Source of the DNA: Nitrososphaerota archaeon
GTDB lineage: Archaea > Thermoproteota > Nitrososphaeria_A > Caldarchaeales > Calditenuaceae
Assembly: GCA_041641295.1 (NCBI GenBank)
Contig: JBEPYO010000001.1
Coordinates: 410,776-474,775, forward strand
Length of the DNA stretch: 64,000 bases
Reading direction: 5' to 3'
The notes beneath the pieces are model-generated. The model was not told the DNA's origin and searched no databases. It was given only the letters and a program-made list of their open reading frames with translations. The stretch's first letter is position 1. Every line of letters starts with the position of its first letter. Positions 48,555 to 56,874 of the stretch are shown here, one piece after another. Made by a program: the position numbers and the translations under genes.

Positions 48555-49086
48555 GTCCAGCTACGGGCCCTACAGGTTTGCTGCAGCACTGATAACCAAC
48601 GTAAAGAAGAATCCACTGAAGCTCCTAGATGAAATGCGTCTCAGCGGCTCGTCGGGAATACAGTTCTGCAGGCCAGAGATAGTTGTGTCAGCCCGCCACC
48701 TAGTCGCAGCATTCGCAGCCGCTGCCACAACCACCTTAGCCGGGACAGCAAGGTCCAAGCGTATCGAGGTAGAATACCTCCTAAGACTATCATGCCAGAG
48801 ACAGATCCAAGACGCCCTCAAAGTCGCAGGCATCAGAGGCGGCGAGGACAAGATAGTCGCAGCAGCAATAACTACAGGCGACACGGACCCGGAGACACTA
48901 CTCTACAAAATAGTAGAGGAGCTAGGCGGAACTATCGAGCCCTTCAGACAAGTAGCGTCCCCAGCGACTCTAATGGAAATCTACAACATAAGTAAAGAGC
49001 TGCTGGAAGTAGTCCCAGCACCCGACCCAGCAGACGCCCTAGAACTCCTAATAATCGAGAAAGTAGTCTCAAGCTATGTCGGGTGA
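48538..49086 (+). CDS. cgi121: KEOPS complex subunit Cgi121
   Basis: SARHLVAAFAAA...ARSKRIEVEYLLRLSCQRQIQDALKVAGIRGGEDKIVAAAITTGD...LLYKIVEELGGTIEP aligns with M. jannaschii Cgi121 (KKHVLHAINQA...ILVRASGQRQIHEAIKIIGAKDG...IYELIGGEI). Confidence 0.55.
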   Translation: MAAVIRSSYGPYRFAAALITNVKKNPLKLLDEMRLSGSSGIQFCRPEIVVSARHLVAAFAAAATTTLAGTARSKRIEVEYLLRLSCQRQIQDALKVAGIRGGEDKIVAAAITTGDTDPETLLYKIVEELGGTIEPFRQVASPATLMEIYNISKELLEVVPAPDPADALELLIIEKVVSSYVG

Positions 49087-49146
49087 AAAGCAGTCACGCG
49101 GCGCGTGCTCATACAATTACGTGTGTGGCGAGTGTAGAACGAGGGC

Positions 49147-49593
49147 TTATTCGTATTTGTAGAGTGTTTTTACCTCGAAGTTTTCGGGCAGTACACCGGT
49201 GGACTTGTAGTACTTCACGAGCCTGTGTATCTTGGCCTCCACTAGCTGGAGCCTCTTTCTGTTGTAGCGGTCTGATCGGTGTGTTTGCAGGTGTACGTGC
49301 ATTCTCCTAGCCCTTGCGATGAGGTTTGAGAGGTCTTCAGGTATTTCCGGAGCGAGGCCGTTTTCCTCTAGAATCTTAAGCATCTTCTTGCCCACTATCG
49401 GTTTGACGAGGGGGATACCGTGTTGGTCACGGAGTATAACGCCTATCTGGCTGGGTGGGATACCGCTTTTTGCATACTTCACGACCAGCGCCTCTACCTC
49501 GTCTGGGGAGACTGTGAGCCAGGGTGGAGGCACCTTACTTATGGGTCTCTTAGACCCTGAGCGGCCTCTTTTCCTCGCATGCATCCGCGCCAA
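49147..49593 (-). CDS. rps15: 30S ribosomal protein S15 (uS15; eukaryotic S13e type)
   Basis: N-terminus [17 protein letters not shown] and the C-terminal S15 fold [34 protein letters not shown]. Confidence 0.85.
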   Translation of the reverse strand: MARMHARKRGRSGSKRPISKVPPPWLTVSPDEVEALVVKYAKSGIPPSQIGVILRDQHGIPLVKPIVGKKMLKILEENGLAPEIPEDLSNLIARARRMHVHLQTHRSDRYNRKRLQLVEAKIHRLVKYYKSTGVLPENFEVKTLYKYE

Positions 49594-49711
49594 GCCTAAA
49601 CCACTTAAGGCTAGTTTTCCCCCGGCGTGATTTAAATCTAACCCGAGCCATGATTGGCAGTCGAGGGGCTAAATAGCCTTAAATGAGGCGTGATGAGGCT
49701 AAACATTTTAG

Positions 49712-50815
49712 ATGAGTGTAGATAGGAGGGAGATTCTAGTCTATGCTGTTTGTGTCGCCTCGTGGATTGCCAGTGGGTTCATACACTTTCCCCAGCTTGG
49801 ATGGAGCATATACAGTGACATAGTCAGCTTCTGGTACAGGCCCGAGAGCGGAGATATGCTTAGGGCCGGCTCCGCGCCCTGCTTCCAATTCTTCTTCGAG
49901 TATCCCCCCGCCTCCTGCCTCTCAATCTATGCATCAGCCCTGCTCAGCTCAGGAGACACTATAAGATATTATCAGGCATTCTTTTATCTCAGCCTACCAG
50001 CATACATCGCGATCGCATGGTCCATTATACGTATCTCTAGAATTAGTGGCTCGGGCTGGCTTGGCCTCGTCTTCGCAGCCTCCCCCAGTCTTGTCTTATA
50101 CGGAATATACAATTTTGACCATTATGCCGCAGCTCTCGCAGGCTTGTCAACTGTACTTATGCTAAGGAAGAGATATTTTATCGGTGGGCTGGCGGCTGGT
50201 CTGGGCTTCGCATTCAAACTCTACACAGCCCTCCTCATACCAATAGTATTCATTGAGACGAGGGGGCGTGAGAGGCTTGATTATTTGCTGGGATTCATAG
50301 CGGGTGCGGCTCCGCTATATCTCGCTCAGGCGGTCCTAAACCCTGCAGGGCTCGTCCAATTCATAGAGTATCACAGTGGATGGGGGCTGGAGAATGCCTG
50401 GTATATCTGGATATTCTGGGACCAGTTCTCACCCACAGCTAAGATGCTCGGAACACTGCTGGGCGCCTTCCTAGTCCTTCAGGCAGCGCTAATGAGGGGC
50501 CCGGTTCTTCCGCGGATGTTTCTCGCAGTCTCATCCTGGCTGATCATGTCCTATATCTTCACTCCTCAGATGGTTATCTGGCTCATCCCATTCTGGGCCG
50601 CAGTTCCGAGGTCCGTGCTTCCATATTGGCCGAGCCTAGAGATAAGCAACGTCGCCATAATATTGACGTGGTTCGGCGACTACAACCCAGTCATGCCACC
50701 CTCGCCACCTCAGGTCATGACGCTGATCAGGGCAGCATCCCTAGCACTAATGATGGTTGCAGTATACCGCAACGACATCAAAAAAACTAAAATTGAGACC
50801 CCGCTACGTGGCTGA
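49712..50815 (+). CDS. polytopic membrane protein (possible GT-C/DUF2029-like glycosyltransferase)
   Basis: 367 aa with about 10 TM helices and an aromatic-rich loop. The assignment is tentative. Confidence 0.35.
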   Translation: MSVDRREILVYAVCVASWIASGFIHFPQLGWSIYSDIVSFWYRPESGDMLRAGSAPCFQFFFEYPPASCLSIYASALLSSGDTIRYYQAFFYLSLPAYIAIAWSIIRISRISGSGWLGLVFAASPSLVLYGIYNFDHYAAALAGLSTVLMLRKRYFIGGLAAGLGFAFKLYTALLIPIVFIETRGRERLDYLLGFIAGAAPLYLAQAVLNPAGLVQFIEYHSGWGLENAWYIWIFWDQFSPTAKMLGTLLGAFLVLQAALMRGPVLPRMFLAVSSWLIMSYIFTPQMVIWLIPFWAAVPRSVLPYWPSLEISNVAIILTWFGDYNPVMPPSPPQVMTLIRAASLALMMVAVYRNDIKKTKIETPLRG

Positions 50816-50819
50816 TGTA

Positions 50820-51899
50820 TTATCTCTCCCGCTTCCCCTCTATAAACTCCTCAAGCATTGTCCGCGCGACGTCATCTGGGTATTGGATTGGTGGAGACTT
50901 CATGAGGTAGGCCGACGCCGATATGAGCGGCCCCCCGATCCCTCTCTCCTTGGCTATCTTAACACATCTTATCGCGTCAATTACGACGCCTGCAGAGTTG
51001 GGAGAGTCCCAGACCTCCAGCTTCACCTCCACAGTCAGTGGAGAGTCACCGAAGTTTCTTCCCTCGAGGCGGATGTACGCCCACTTCCTGTCCCCAAGCC
51101 ACGGGACATAGTCGCTGGGCCCAACATGTATGTCGGACTCGCTCAGCTTGTAGGGAATCAGCGACTCTACGGCTGAGGTTTTAGAAATCTTTTTCGACTG
51201 AAGCCTCTCCCGCTCAAGCATGTTTAGAAAGTCGGTGTTTCCGCCGAAGTTTAGCTGGTAGGTTCTGTCGATTTTGACTCCTCTGTCCACGAATAGCTTC
51301 GCCAAGACCCTGTGGAGGATCGTGGCACCGAGCTGGCTCTTAACATCATCACCCACTATCGGAACATTTCTCTTCTCGAATATCTTCTGCCACCTCCTCT
51401 CCCGCGCAATAAACACGGGTATAGCGTTCACAAACCCAGTACCCGCATCAAGAGCCTGCTCAACATACCACTTAGTCGCAGCCTCGCTGCCGACTGGGAG
51501 GAAGTTGACAACTACGTCGGCCTCAGTCTCCTTCAGGACAGAGGCGACATCAACCGTCTCGCCGGGTGCCTTCTTAATAACATCTTTAAGATATTTCCCA
51601 ATGCTGTCAAAGGTCATTCCCCTCATGACCTCGACGCCCAGTCTGGGGACATCGGCGAACTTTCGAGTATTGTTAGGAGGGGCGAAAATTGCTTCAGATA
51701 AGTCTTTCCCCACCTTCCTCTCATCAATATCGAAGGCCGCCACGAACTCTATGTCAGATACGTGATAACCGCCTAGCCTCACATGCATGAGGCCGGGGAC
51801 AAACTCGTCGTCAGGCGCGTCTTTGTAATACTCGACGCCTTGGACGAGCGAGGAGGCGCAGTTCCCCACACCCACTATGGCGACCTTAATTTTCCCCAT
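50820..51899 (-). CDS. ino1: myo-inositol-1-phosphate synthase
   Basis: The start was moved to the internal ATG at 51899 ([27 protein letters not shown]), the hallmark N-terminus of short-type MIPS. The NAD-binding and catalytic core are conserved. Confidence 0.8.
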   Translation of the reverse strand: MGKIKVAIVGVGNCASSLVQGVEYYKDAPDDEFVPGLMHVRLGGYHVSDIEFVAAFDIDERKVGKDLSEAIFAPPNNTRKFADVPRLGVEVMRGMTFDSIGKYLKDVIKKAPGETVDVASVLKETEADVVVNFLPVGSEAATKWYVEQALDAGTGFVNAIPVFIARERRWQKIFEKRNVPIVGDDVKSQLGATILHRVLAKLFVDRGVKIDRTYQLNFGGNTDFLNMLERERLQSKKISKTSAVESLIPYKLSESDIHVGPSDYVPWLGDRKWAYIRLEGRNFGDSPLTVEVKLEVWDSPNSAGVVIDAIRCVKIAKERGIGGPLISASAYLMKSPPIQYPDDVARTMLEEFIEGKRER

Positions 51900-51962
51900 A
51901 TCACTCGTCAGACACTTCCTCTTTAATAAGTGTTTAACGGGGTATAGAAACAAATATATACC

Positions 51963-53033
51963 ATGCACCCCCTAATTACATGGTGCAGATTAGTGTCTTC
52001 TTTCGATTATTCTAGTAAGACCCTCTTGAGTATACGATTCGTTCTGATATTCTCTCTGATCATCGTGGGGCTCACAGCTGGTGTTTTTTCACAAAATGTG
52101 ATCACTAGGACTAGGACTTCTACTGTGCTGGAGACCATGGGAGGTACGACAATTACAACCACCATCTTGGTTGAGGGTGGTGAAAGAACAATCACTATGG
52201 TTATCCCGGGCTATGTGCTTATTGACGTTCGTTTAGAGTCGGGTAGGACGTGCGTAGTTGTCTTCAGAGCGTTGAGAGAGATTCCTGAGCAGACTGTGAC
52301 GATCGAAGGAGGGACGTTTGAGTTTCCGGGAACGACGCTGTCAACCGTGATTAGGGAACAGACAGTTGTCTTCTCTACAGCCTACACTGACTCAGGCTGG
52401 ACAACCACATATACTGGCGCCGGCCCCGGCTATGCAACTACAATCCTAGGATATGCAACCACTTTCCCTGCGCTGGGTGAACTCAGGGAGACGTGTGGAG
52501 AGAACATAATCTCGCTATTGAATACGGTCATCTTCGAGACCGCCCCAGCCACCTTCTATCTAGCGTTTCCAGGCTACACTGTCACAATTTCAGCAGCCAC
52601 CTACACTATTCCAGGAATCACAATGGAGATAGAGCCATTCACTACCACCTACACGAGTACCATTGAGGGAGTATCTGAGACGCTGACAACAACGTTCCGA
52701 GGTTCAACCACTCTTCAGACCGTCACTCTACAACCCAGCACATACGTGAGTACAATGGTAAAAGAAGGAAGTACTGTAACTAGGCTTGTAACAGTTGTCG
52801 AGACCGTAACTCTTGAAGAGACCACCACGCCGCCAGCAACAACCACAACACCTACAACAACAGCGACTCAGACACAGACAACGCAGACAGCCACCACGAC
52901 ACCACAAGTTACTACAAGGACAGAGACTCAGCCACAGCCTGCACAGTTTGATGTAGCTATAATTGCCATTGTCCTAGTTGTGTTAGCTGTTGTCGCAGGA
53001 GCAGTGGTCTATATTTTAAAGAGAAAGCGGTAG
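51963..53033 (+). CDS. cell-surface protein with a Thr/Pro-rich stalk and a C-terminal TM anchor
   Basis: N-terminal signal/TM segment. A T-rich body ends in a [32 protein letters not shown] low-complexity linker (a likely O-glycosylated stalk). C-terminal TM helix [20 protein letters not shown] is followed by KRKR. Confidence 0.45.
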   Translation: MHPLITWCRLVSSFDYSSKTLLSIRFVLIFSLIIVGLTAGVFSQNVITRTRTSTVLETMGGTTITTTILVEGGERTITMVIPGYVLIDVRLESGRTCVVVFRALREIPEQTVTIEGGTFEFPGTTLSTVIREQTVVFSTAYTDSGWTTTYTGAGPGYATTILGYATTFPALGELRETCGENIISLLNTVIFETAPATFYLAFPGYTVTISAATYTIPGITMEIEPFTTTYTSTIEGVSETLTTTFRGSTTLQTVTLQPSTYVSTMVKEGSTVTRLVTVVETVTLEETTTPPATTTTPTTTATQTQTTQTATTTPQVTTRTETQPQPAQFDVAIIAIVLVVLAVVAGAVVYILKRKR

Positions 53034-53063
53034 AGTAAACCTACAAACTTTTTATTTTATAGA

Positions 53064-54302
53064 TTATCTATCCCACTCGACAGGCCAGAAGTTGTTGGAC
53101 CAGTAGATGACAGGTATGTCTGCAATCCTTTTTCCACGTCCAGTATATGGTATGACGATCAGGTTCCTGAATGATGGTGCAAGTATTCTTACCCTGTATG
53201 GTTTATCTGAGCCGTCCGACCTGATGTAGTAGGCCATCTCGCCGTGGGCGGCTTCGGCCCTCGCGAAGGACTCTCCGGCGGGGACCCTGATGTTTATCGG
53301 GTGTTGTTTGAGCTTGAAGGGCCCGTCCGGAAGCCCTTCAATAAGCTGTCTAATAATCTTGAGGCTCTCCTTCATCTCTCTGAAGGCTACTACAGCCCTG
53401 GCGTAACCATCACCGTCAGTAAGCACTGGAACCTCGAACTTCACCTCGCTGTATGCGTCATAGGGCTCGTCAACCCGTACATCTCTTTTCAAGCCTGAGG
53501 CTCTTATGGTGACTCCGACGGCTCCTAGTGCCGCGGCCTCCTCGGGTGTCAGCCTACCGACCCCGCGTGTCCTGCTTATGAATATTGAGTTGTCGAGTAT
53601 CAGGTCCCAGTAGTAGTCCAGCCGGCTGTCTATGAAGTCGGCTACGTGTAAGGCGTATTTGCGGAAGTCGTCTGTGAGTTCAGACTCGCTCGGCCTCTTA
53701 CCTGTAGCTTCTGTATACCATGTCCTGAAGTGTTGTACGAGCTTGGGTGGAACCCTCGCAAGGACGTCGTTCCTAACACCGCCGGGCACAAAGTAGGAGT
53801 GTGTGATTCTCTGGCCTCCAATGAATTGGACTAGGTCGACGATGAATTCGCGGTCTCCGAAGCACCAGAGGAAAGGTGTGGGAAGCCCCAGGAAGACTCC
53901 ATAGAGGGCGAAGTAGTAGAAGTGGCTTCCAATCCTGTTGAGCTCGGCCATCAGGGCTCGGAGGTATTTTGCGCGTGGTGGGGGCTCGACGCCCATCAGC
54001 TTCTCAACGGCTAGGCAGTACGGGTATAGTATTCCGGCGGAGTCGAGGATGACTGGCCTCTCAAGGTGTGGGATATTGGTTATCCAGGTCTTTGACTCGC
54101 ACATCTTCTCCTCACCCCTGTGGACGAATCCAGGGTCAGGCTCCGCCTCAAGCACCGTATCACCCAAGACTCTAACGATTAGTCTGAAATGACCTGTGCC
54201 GGGGTGCTGTGGGCCGTAGGAGAAGACAAGCCCCTCGCCAGTGTCGTATATGTATAGCTCCCTTGCCTCCCGATCCTCCGCCTGCATCCAAATCTCCTCC
54301 AC
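53064..54302 (-). CDS. nuoD: NADH-quinone oxidoreductase subunit D (49-kDa subunit)
   Basis: 412 aa, NiFe-hydrogenase-large-subunit-like but lacking both Ni-binding CxxC pairs. It has HRGEEKM in the N-terminal region and the conserved C-terminal DRY/PSF region. Confidence 0.8.
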   Translation of the reverse strand: MEEIWMQAEDREARELYIYDTGEGLVFSYGPQHPGTGHFRLIVRVLGDTVLEAEPDPGFVHRGEEKMCESKTWITNIPHLERPVILDSAGILYPYCLAVEKLMGVEPPPRAKYLRALMAELNRIGSHFYYFALYGVFLGLPTPFLWCFGDREFIVDLVQFIGGQRITHSYFVPGGVRNDVLARVPPKLVQHFRTWYTEATGKRPSESELTDDFRKYALHVADFIDSRLDYYWDLILDNSIFISRTRGVGRLTPEEAAALGAVGVTIRASGLKRDVRVDEPYDAYSEVKFEVPVLTDGDGYARAVVAFREMKESLKIIRQLIEGLPDGPFKLKQHPINIRVPAGESFARAEAAHGEMAYYIRSDGSDKPYRVRILAPSFRNLIVIPYTGRGKRIADIPVIYWSNNFWPVEWDR

Positions 54303-54344
54303 ACCGCCTCTATTATAGTGTTATTCTCCACAACAACCACTTTT

Positions 54345-54650
54345 CTATCTCTTACCCTGCTTCATCAAGAGAAAGGCAAGGACGAGTACTACAAGTATTA
54401 GAATGATGCCTAAACGGAATAGTACACCCAGAACAGCTCTAACTCCTGCAAAGACTCCCCAGAGAAAGGCTCCCCCCACACCAATGAAGGTGACGAGAAT
54501 AGCGAGCAAAATGATGACTAGTCTCGGGCTCAACTCTCTCTCCTGCCCCACTCTGGGGGTGGTGATGCTCTTTGAGAGATTTATGAGTTGTGTTATTCTC
54601 TTCCAGGTGGCCTGTAATCCTTCCTGAGCGGCGGAATATCTGACCACCAC
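54345..54650 (-). CDS. small membrane protein (2 TM) between nuoC and nuoD
   Basis: 101-aa ORF with a hydrophobic C-terminal half (LVIILLAILVTFIGVGGAFLWGVFAGV...ILILVVLVLAFLL). The start overlaps the nuoC 3' end by 58 nt, so the true start may be internal or alternative. Confidence 0.3.
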   Translation of the reverse strand: MVVRYSAAQEGLQATWKRITQLINLSKSITTPRVGQERELSPRLVIILLAILVTFIGVGGAFLWGVFAGVRAVLGVLFRLGIILILVVLVLAFLLMKQGKR

Positions 54651-55093
54651 TCCGGGAGCAAAAGTCGCTTAAGCTTTGGATGCCCCTCGAATACCACTCC
54701 GAGCATCTCGTAGGTCTCGCGCTCGTGGTACTCAGCACTGGGCCAGACTTTAACAAGGGACGGCGACACTGGCTTGTCGCGGGGAAGCTTGGTGGCTAGG
54801 TTCACGACGTAGGGGGCTAGATCGTTATCAAGATAGGCTCCCGCATGGTAGATTAGCTCTATCGCGTTTTCACTCTGTTTGAGTGCAATCAAGTCAACTC
54901 CAGTCACGCCCTTCACATGATCAAAGCCCATCTCCTTCAAGATCGCCGCCGCCTCAACCAGCGCCCCAGAAGCCACCTCAACCTTGATTATCTTCTTATC
55001 GACTGTAACCCCCTTAAGCTTATCGCCTAAGACCTGCTTGAGCCTCTCAAGGATTGCTGCGAGTTTGGGGTTGACACTCTGCTCCCCGCTCAT
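54593..55093 (-). CDS. nuoC: NADH-quinone oxidoreductase subunit C (30-kDa subunit)
   Basis: 166 aa. The Complex1_30kDa core includes ERETYEMLGVVFEGHP and the LLLPEWW region. Confidence 0.75.
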   Translation of the reverse strand: MSGEQSVNPKLAAILERLKQVLGDKLKGVTVDKKIIKVEVASGALVEAAAILKEMGFDHVKGVTGVDLIALKQSENAIELIYHAGAYLDNDLAPYVVNLATKLPRDKPVSPSLVKVWPSAEYHERETYEMLGVVFEGHPKLKRLLLPEWWSDIPPLRKDYRPPGRE

Positions 55094-55734
55094 ACTAGAT
55101 CCTCGTTCAATATCTTATCACGAAGCAGTACAAAACCTTGTATGAGTGTCTGAGGGTTTGGTGGGCATCCGGGTACGTAGACATCTACGGGGACTATGTC
55201 GTCAACTCCTTGGAGGACATTGTAGGAGTCTTTAGCATAGAGGCCGCCAGATATGGCGCAGGCACCCATCGCAATCACATACTTCGGCTCAGGCATCTGG
55301 TCATAGATTATCCTGACCCTCTGGGCCATTTTAGTAGTCACTGTCCCCTCCACGATGAGGAGGTCGGACTGCCGTAGTGAGCCGACCGCGTTCAATATTC
55401 CAAACCTCTCGGGATCGTATCTGGAGCCTACTGTCCCGGCGAACTCGACCGAGCAGCAGGCCGTGGTGAGGTGGACTGGGAAGAGGGATGAGAGACGGCC
55501 CCAGTTCACTATATATTTGATGAGGGACCGCCTCCTAAACCACTGAATAATGAAGTTCCCTCCTCCCGCGTCGTTAAGCCTGCCTACCCCATACCTTCTG
55601 ACCGATTCGGGGATTCTCTGCGGGGGAACCTCCTCCTTGGCTATAGACTCCACAACAACCCGTGAAGAGCCTAGTGTGAGATTGAAGAGGCCTATCCTCC
55701 GCCTAGAGCCCGCGAACGTGCAGAAGTGGGCCAA
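55090..55734 (-). CDS. nuoB: NADH-quinone oxidoreductase subunit B (20-kDa/PSST subunit), with an N-terminal extension or mis-set start
   Basis: N2-cluster cysteines are present (TTACCSVEF, AMGACAISGG, CPP region VPGCPP). The conserved block begins about 75 aa after the ORF-track Met, so the true start is probably a downstream GTG/TTG. Confidence 0.75.
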   Translation of the reverse strand: MAHFCTFAGSRRRIGLFNLTLGSSRVVVESIAKEEVPPQRIPESVRRYGVGRLNDAGGGNFIIQWFRRRSLIKYIVNWGRLSSLFPVHLTTACCSVEFAGTVGSRYDPERFGILNAVGSLRQSDLLIVEGTVTTKMAQRVRIIYDQMPEPKYVIAMGACAISGGLYAKDSYNVLQGVDDIVPVDVYVPGCPPNPQTLIQGFVLLRDKILNEDLV

Positions 55735-55811
55735 TTACGGTTCTCAGCCGTTCTAGCGGTTCACGCCTTATTTAACCCTATTTGACAACTCCAAGCATCA
55801 CTGTTCTCCAC

Positions 55812-56828
55812 TCAGAACACTAAAACCACTTTTCCAATATTTTCTCTCCTCTCGACGATGCCTAGCGCCTCTGATGCCCTTTCGACCGGTAATCGCGTGA
55901 TTGCTGGTTTGAGGCGGCCAGACCCCCAAAGCTCCAGAGCCTCTTCCATGTTCCTTCGCGTAGAGCCTACGGCGCCGACCACCATGTTTTCTCTAAGTAT
56001 CATGTAGCCTAGAGGTACCTTTACATTACCGACTGAGACGTTTCCAATCACGACTACGCGGCCTCCCCACGCCGTCGATCTTAGCGACTGCTCAAATGTT
56101 GGGGTGCCCACACACTCTAAAACAACGTCGACACCCTCGCCCCCCGTTATCTCTCTTACCCTCGCGGAGAGCTGCTCAACACCTATTATGACGTGGTCTG
56201 CCCCGGCCTTCTTGATACTCTCTGCCTTGGAGCTGCTTGAGGTGTTGGCGACCACCTTGCACCCCAGTAGCTTGGATATCATGACCGCGTGGATTCCGAC
56301 CCCGCCCCCAGCACCTGTAACTAGTACCGTCTCACCTGCCCTAACCTTCGCTTGGTCTCTTAACGCATGAATTATCATTCCCAAGACACAGCCGGTTATT
56401 GAGGCATCTGCTAAGTCGACCGTGTCTGGAACCTTAACCAAGTCTCTCGCATTTACTACTATGTACTCGGCCCAAGAGCCGTCCCTCTCCTCACCTAGCT
56501 GGAGCCTGTTTCTGCATAGATTCTCCCTCCCCTCCAGACAGTATCTGCATCTGCCGCATGTGGTGTGTGGTAGGCCAGCCACCCTATCACCAACCTCCAA
56601 GCCCTCTACACCCTCACCCAGCTCGACGACAACCCCTGAAAACTCGTGCCCCATCACGACTGGACGCTTGGCCCTCGGCATCATCCCCCGCTGATTGAGG
56701 AGGTCGCGGTAACAGACACCCGCAGCCTCCACCTTGACCACGACCTCGCCTCGCCCCGGACGCGAAGGCTCCTGCACACTGGCAATCAGTAGATTGGACT
56801 CCTCCTGTCTAAGGATTACAGCCTTCAA
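55812..56828 (-). CDS. adh: zinc-dependent alcohol dehydrogenase (MDR family)
   Basis: GHEFSGVVVELG catalytic Zn motif, structural-Zn cysteines (CGRCRYCLEGRENLC) and Rossmann GAGGGVG. Confidence 0.8.
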   Translation of the reverse strand: MKAVILRQEESNLLIASVQEPSRPGRGEVVVKVEAAGVCYRDLLNQRGMMPRAKRPVVMGHEFSGVVVELGEGVEGLEVGDRVAGLPHTTCGRCRYCLEGRENLCRNRLQLGEERDGSWAEYIVVNARDLVKVPDTVDLADASITGCVLGMIIHALRDQAKVRAGETVLVTGAGGGVGIHAVMISKLLGCKVVANTSSSSKAESIKKAGADHVIIGVEQLSARVREITGGEGVDVVLECVGTPTFEQSLRSTAWGGRVVVIGNVSVGNVKVPLGYMILRENMVVGAVGSTRRNMEEALELWGSGRLKPAITRLPVERASEALGIVERRENIGKVVLVF

Positions 56829-56874
56829 ACCTCACCAACAATATGAAAATAGTTAGTCGGCGGCATATTCTGTC

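Noticed and set aside
51274-51765. 163-aa and 129-aa plus-strand ORFs inside ino1
   Set aside because: They are antisense to myo-inositol-1-phosphate synthase.
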